Positions 57,838-64,000 of a stretch of DNA of 64,000 bases are shown here, one piece after another. The stretch comes from the human T2T-CHM13v2.0 reference genome, Homo sapiens. Numbering within the stretch: the first letter of the stretch is position 1; each line of letters starts with the position of its first letter. Made by a program: the position numbers and the translations under genes. The DNA lies in NCBI RefSeq assembly GCF_009914755.1, contig NC_060934.1. One strand, written 5' to 3'. Under the pieces are notes generated by a model, which had not been told where the DNA came from, ran no database searches, and saw only the letters and a list, made by a program, of their open reading frames with translations.

Positions 57838-58545
57838 TTAATTTATTTATTTTTAGGTTTTATTTTAGATACAGGGGTACATACACAGGTTTGTTACATG
57901 GGCATACTATACTCAGGTAGTGAACATAGTACCCAATAGGTAACTTTTCGACCCATGACTCATTTCCCCCCTCCCCTCTAGTAGTCTCCAGTGTCTACTG
58001 GTCCCATGTTTACATCCGTGTGTGCTCAAGGTCTAGCTCGCACTTCTAAGCGAGAACATGAGGTATTTGGCTTTCTGATCCTGCATTAGTTTGCTAACAA
58101 TAGCGGCCTTCAGCTCCATCCATGTTGCTGCAAAGAACATACTTGCATTCTTTTTTATGGCTATGCAATATTCCATGGTATATATGTACCACATTTTCTT
58201 TATCCAGTCGATCACTGATGGGCACTTAGGTTGATTCCATGCCTTTGCTATTGTGAATAATGCTGCAATGAATGTGTGAGTGCTTGTGTCTTTTTGATAG
58301 AATGATGTGTTTCCCTTTGGGTATACAGCCACCAGTGAGATTGCTGGGTTGAATGGTAGCTGTTTTAAGTCAAGAAATCTCAAAACTGCTTTCACAGTGA
58401 GTGAACTAATTTACATTCCCACCAGCAGTGTGTAAGTGTTCCCTGTTCTCCACAGCCTCACCAGCATCTGTTATTTGTTTGACTTTTTAATAACAGCCAT
58501 TCTTACTGGTGTGAGACGGTATCTCCTTGTGGTTTTGATTTCAAA
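57838..58545 (-). mobile_element. L1PA/PB 3' end
   Basis: ORF 58033..58395 gives an L1 ORF2 C-terminal-like peptide (FIAALFTIAKAWNQPKCPS..DWIKKMWYIYTMEY). Confidence 0.9.
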
Positions 58546-58739
58546 ACATTTATTTTTAAAGGTGGCTGGGGGAAAGCAAATCAGGAAACAGAAGGAATCA
58601 AAGGCTACTGTACAGAGAGCGAATGTGGATTAACACACACCAGCCATCATGTCCAGGCAGGGCCAGAAGCCACAGGTGAGGCGCCATCACAACTAAACCA
58701 ACATTGACTTGCTAGCATCCGAATTCAAAGATTCAAAGT

Positions 58740-58912
58740 TAATTTGAATGTTTCTAGCACAAAGAAAAGACAAATATTTAAGGTGATATGTATCTCAATT
58801 ATACTGATTTGATCTTTACAAATTATATGAATGTATTAATCACATGTACCCCAAAGTATGTACATCTATTATGTACCAATAAAAAAAATTAAACATTAAA
58901 AAAAAAAAAAGA
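58740..58912 (+). mobile_element. L1MA-type 3' terminal fragment
   Basis: tgaatgtttctagcacaaagaaaagacaaatatttaaggtgat...tatgtacatctattatgta + poly-A. Confidence 0.75.
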
Positions 58913-58921
58913 TTAAAAGTG

Positions 58922-59245
<324 letters not shown>

Positions 59246-60478
59246 TCAGCGGGAAATGAGTCCCGATCACGGCTTTTGCAGGTAAATATCCTTCCCCATT
59301 TAAGTATAAACCCTTTCATCTTTGGAAAAGGGGAATTATTATAGAATTATGAAATAATAAAGCGTAGCCTGAATGTACTCAGCAAGTCTAAGCAGTCATT
59401 ATTATGCTGTTTGACAACTCAGAGGTGCCCTCAGTCACTCCCGGCACATTCATAACTATAAGTGATGGCTAACAGATGAATGTCAGTGTTTCTCAGGAGC
59501 CTCCTTCTCTGTGCAGGACCCCTTTCCTCCTGCAGCCTGCCCCTCACCAGCCACAGGCACAGGGTGAGGCATTCCTGAGGTCTGGTGCACGGGGACAAGC
59601 ATGGGTCTTCTCCCTGGCTGCCTCTATCACCCCGGCTTTCCTGAGAGTCTCTGCTCTAGGGGCATCCTGACAGCCACGGGGCTTCTGGTCTACCCGCCCT
59701 CTTCATTCCCTCCATTCCAGATTCTGTGCTTCTCTCTGTTCCACAAAACTCTTGCTCCAACCTTTGCTCTCTGAGTAGAGTCAGCTTTCTAAGCAGGGTT
59801 TACCCATAACCCTAAGCCCTTTCTACATCGCAGGCCCTCAACCTGACCTTGACCGCTGACTTGGAGTCTTTAGCCAAATCCACACCCATCTTTTATCTCA
59901 TACTCCAAGTCCTCTGGGAAGCTCTGTCAATCATAGCTCCCCGTGCTGTGTGGAAACTCTGTGTCCCCAGAAGCCCTGCCCTCTCTGAGGACTTCCTGTG
60001 TTCACAGTCATCTAGCAGACACCAGGCAGTGGCTGCCGCTGCTTGGAAATACAGCAGACAGCAATGTGTCCCTGAGATAACCCTATCCACTCAGGGCTGC
60101 GGACTGTATTGGAAATGCTTATGGGTAATGACTTCAGCGTCCTCTGCATCTAATTACATCTCTAGGTTAAGAGGGGATCACTTCCACTTCCTGCAGACAA
60201 CACACAATCTCTTCCTTTTCTCCCAGAGTGTCCTGTGCTCGAACGTCCATCATTAAACTTCCCATCTTTGCTCATCTATAACAATGAACATAAAACATCA
60301 AAACCAAGCATGGTGGATGCGGGATGAAAATAAAAATAGCATGACATTAAAATATTCTTAAACAGTTTAAGAATAATGCTCAGTGAGCATTATTCCAAAA
60401 ATTTTAGAAACTAGTTTCCCCTCTGTCAGTCTTGGCTCAGATCTCCTACAACTTAAATTATTTCTCCCAGGTTTCAGC

Positions 60479-61256
60479 TGTGTGGTAAATGTATATTGGT
60501 CTTTGTCCCTGGTATAGGACTCCTAAATCCTGTGGGATTTCCCAGGTGATAGGAGCTCTTTTGTTCTAATGGGTCCATTCTTGATGGGACCCTAAACAGC
60601 TTCAGGGTGGGGGCTCGTGTCCAGAAAGCCCAAGGCATAATTAGAGAGGGTTGTAAGTTCTTTTCCACCCCACACCCACTAGGGAGGGGAGAAGAGCTGG
60701 ATATGGAGCTCATTACCAATGGCCAAAGATTTAATCAATCGTGCCTACATAATGAAACTCCCATGAACACCCTAAATGACAGAGTTGGGGTTTTTCAAGT
60801 TGATGAACACTTCCATGTGCCAGGAGGTGGGGGCACCCCAACTCCACAGGGCCAGAAGCCCCTGTGCCTGGGACCCCCTTCCAGCCCTCACCCCGGGCAC
60901 CTCTTCCATTTGGCTGTTCATTTGCATCCTGTATGGTACCCTTTACAATAAACAGGTAATAGTAAGGAAACTGCTCTGTGAGGCCTTCTGGAAAACTATC
61001 AAATCCAAGGAGGGGGTTTCAGGAACCCTAATTTATAGCCATCAAGTACAGGAAGCCCAGGACTTGTAACTGGCATCAAAGTGGAGGCATCTTATGGTAC
61101 CGAGCCCCTCACTTGTGGGGTCTGCACTGCTTTCAGACAGTGTCAGAAATGAATTAAACTGCAGGATATTCACTTGCTGTCCAGAGAGTTGAAGAACTGG
61201 TTGGTGTGGAAAAAACCCACACATGTGATGTTAGAAGTGTTGTGGGTAAAAACAGT
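60479..61256. mobile_element. ERVL-class LTR (MER21-like)
   Basis: ctcctaaatcc...ggatttcccaggtgataggag; accaatggccaaagatttaatcaatcgtgcctacataatgaaactcc; gacagtgtcagaaatgaattaaa. Confidence 0.7.
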
Positions 61257-62268
61257 TCGTAAGTTATAGTCAAGACACTTCTTACTCACAGAAATGCATC
61301 TGTTTTTCTTTCCAAACTACACAAAACCCCTTAAACACTCTTGTTTCATATACTGAAAAGAGAAGCCAGACATTCTGAGAGGTTGCAGCATCCAAACACA
61401 GGTATTTGTAGTCTGGCCTCAAATAGCCACATATCTTATCCTACTGAACTTCAACTCCGTATTTCAGAAATAAATTTGGAAACTATAAAATGCATTGCTG
61501 TATCTTCCAGCCCTAACTTTCACTTTCTGAAAATCACTTTCTAATCAACAACCAAAAAAAAAAAAAAAAAAAATCCCTCTATGACCATATAGAAATCCCA
61601 CCAGTTTGAAAGCTAAGTCAACGTAACGGAAATTGAGAAGACTCAAGAATAAAGACAAAACAATTAAGAGTTTGGCTAAACCTGCTACTCTAATGTTTAT
61701 ATTATTGATGAATGACGATTTCAGAAACGTTTTACTGCAAGAGCGTGACAATATTTTCTGACGGGGTTTGCCACTGAAACTTCTGGCCATTGGAGAACTT
61801 TAAAAAACATGAAAGATATCCATGCTGTATGTGCAGAACTTTCCAGTAAATGCCAAACTCCCTCATTTATGCTACGTGGCTCACCCAAGAAAGGCTTCCA
61901 TAAATATTTATCGAATTAAACTGAAGGGATGACAAAAACCCAATGATGTCTTGACATCCATTCCAATCCTATATTCTATCATTCATCCAATAAGCACTGA
62001 TCAGAAACCACTGAGACACCGCACAGGAGACTAACAGCTATTGCATGGAATACACAGAACACCCTCCATTTGTCAAAGGGAGAAGGAAAAGAGAGGCAAG
62101 AACAGCTATGGAAGATCCAGACTGAGAAGGAACTTCAAAACAAATTTTTTTACTTCTAGCATATAAAAACCAAGTATCACTACGATCACAGTAGTCAAAG
62201 GATTTATAGGAGTGAAGCTTAATTTGGAAGACGAAAATCATGTGACTCATGATGATAAAAGATTCTGG

Positions 62269-62564
<296 letters not shown>

Positions 62565-63529
62565 GATTCTGGGAAGGTGGCACAGTGGATTTATGCATGG
62601 AGACTGGGCTCTGGATACTGGATGGAAGCACTGAAATATGATCTAAAAGGCAAAAGAAGTCACTTGACACTCCTAAGGAATAACAAGTTTTTATGATAAT
62701 TGAAGAATTCAACACCAGCGAATTTCCAAATAAGCCAACAGACAGAACTGCTGAGTTCTGTGGTGTAAATGTCCATCCATATTAGTATATGAGAAAAGAT
62801 GCAGCTATTCTCATTGAAAAACAAATCTAATCACCCCAGACCACTTACTTTGGGCTGTTAATGCAGTCGGAGGGCATGCATTCATTTACACAAACACCCA
62901 ACTCATCATCCTCAATGTCAAGGACAGAGAGAGTTCCTGGGTCCTGAAGACAATTCGCCAAACCGATTATGTACTAAGAGATAATGGAAAATTCACTGTC
63001 ATTTGAAAGAGACATTCTTGGCCTTTGCAAAGCTCTAGAGAATCATTCACACTTTGCAATTATTGGATCAAGAATGATGTTATTCCCGTTATCAGGATAT
63101 ATTACTAAGTCCTTAGTAGATTTACAAATATGCCTGTCACATTAAAGAAATACTGTTTACTTCAGAGTACTGGAGTCTGGTCAAATTGCGTACAGAAAAA
63201 CTGCTCTCCTTTAATAAATGCCAGCAATGTCATTCCCATCTACATTCATCACTACCCATTTTTATTTTTGCCCTAAAGTAGTTTTATATTGATCAAAAGT
63301 AAAATGCCATTCATTTTATTGGAAGACTGTCTTCACAGGCTACTGTGGCAATGTCTCTTCAGGGAACCTTATTTTCAGCAGACTGACGTGGTAAAAGTGG
63401 TTCTATCTACATCAACTTCCTTTCTGCACCCTGGTTTCATCAGCTTTATTCCCTCCAGAGCCTGAGCAGTTCTCACTCTCCTACTAAGATGTAGTAACTC
63501 TGTGCTGAGACTAACTAGGTTCTGCGTAT

Positions 63530-63740
63530 ACAAACTGGAATCCCAACTCTGAAAATCCCAAGCCCCAAACCTGAAACTTTTTGAGGGCCAACAAGATGCT
63601 CACATGAGATGCTCATTGGAGCCTTTTCGATTTCAGGTTTTCAGATGCTCAACAGACAAATGTACTGCAAATATTCCAAAATCTGAACCCAGAGACACGT
63701 CTGGTCCCAGGCATTTTGGATAAGAGATGCTCAGGCTGTA
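63530..63740. mobile_element. Tigger4/MER46-like DNA transposon fossil
   Basis: ctgaaactttttgag...gctcattggagc...tgcaaatattccaaaatc...tctggtcccaggcattttggataagagatgctcaggctgta. Confidence 0.75.
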
Positions 63741-64000
63741 ATATCAAGTGGACAGAAACAGCTAACATGTTGTAAATACTGGCAGGCATGCTCCCTGCAT
63801 TGTCATTTTCTGCTGACACAGACTGTGGGGTGGAATCCCTCTTGTGGGAGGAAATTAAGATTTAGAGAGATGAAGTTATCTAAGCAAGGGCACACAGCTA
63901 CCAAGAGAAGCCAGGCTTCAAACCCAAGCAGCCTGATTCAGTCTGAGCCCACCCTCTAGCCACCAGGTTATATAACAGACCACGGAACAAAGACCAAAAA

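Overview
Primate (human-like, AluY-containing) genomic DNA lying entirely inside the Polycomb-group gene SFMBT2 on the minus strand. Eight internal coding exons (102, 148, 83, 127, 114, 43, 71 and 140 nt; numbered 8-15 from recollection of the human gene) have canonical AG/GT ends and compatible phases. They splice into one open frame covering the third and fourth MBT repeats and the start of the SLED/DUF3588 region. The introns hold Alus, L1, L2, MIR, MaLR/ERV LTRs, DNA-transposon fossils, microsatellites, a 34-bp VNTR and a tailless U2 snRNA retropseudogene. The most notable observations are: (i) a candidate unannotated 87-nt in-frame exon ending GCCGCCATGG|GTAAGT, 240 nt upstream of exon 10, which could be a cassette exon or an alternative first exon; (ii) a non-Alu ~130-bp, ~93% identical inverted repeat bracketing exon 11; (iii) a ~210-bp direct repeat bracketing exon 9; (iv) further locally templated duplications, including a THE1 LTR with a 30-31-bp flanking duplication instead of 5 bp. 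No prokaryote-type system or intact novel ORF is supported. Repeat boundaries and subfamilies are by-eye estimates.
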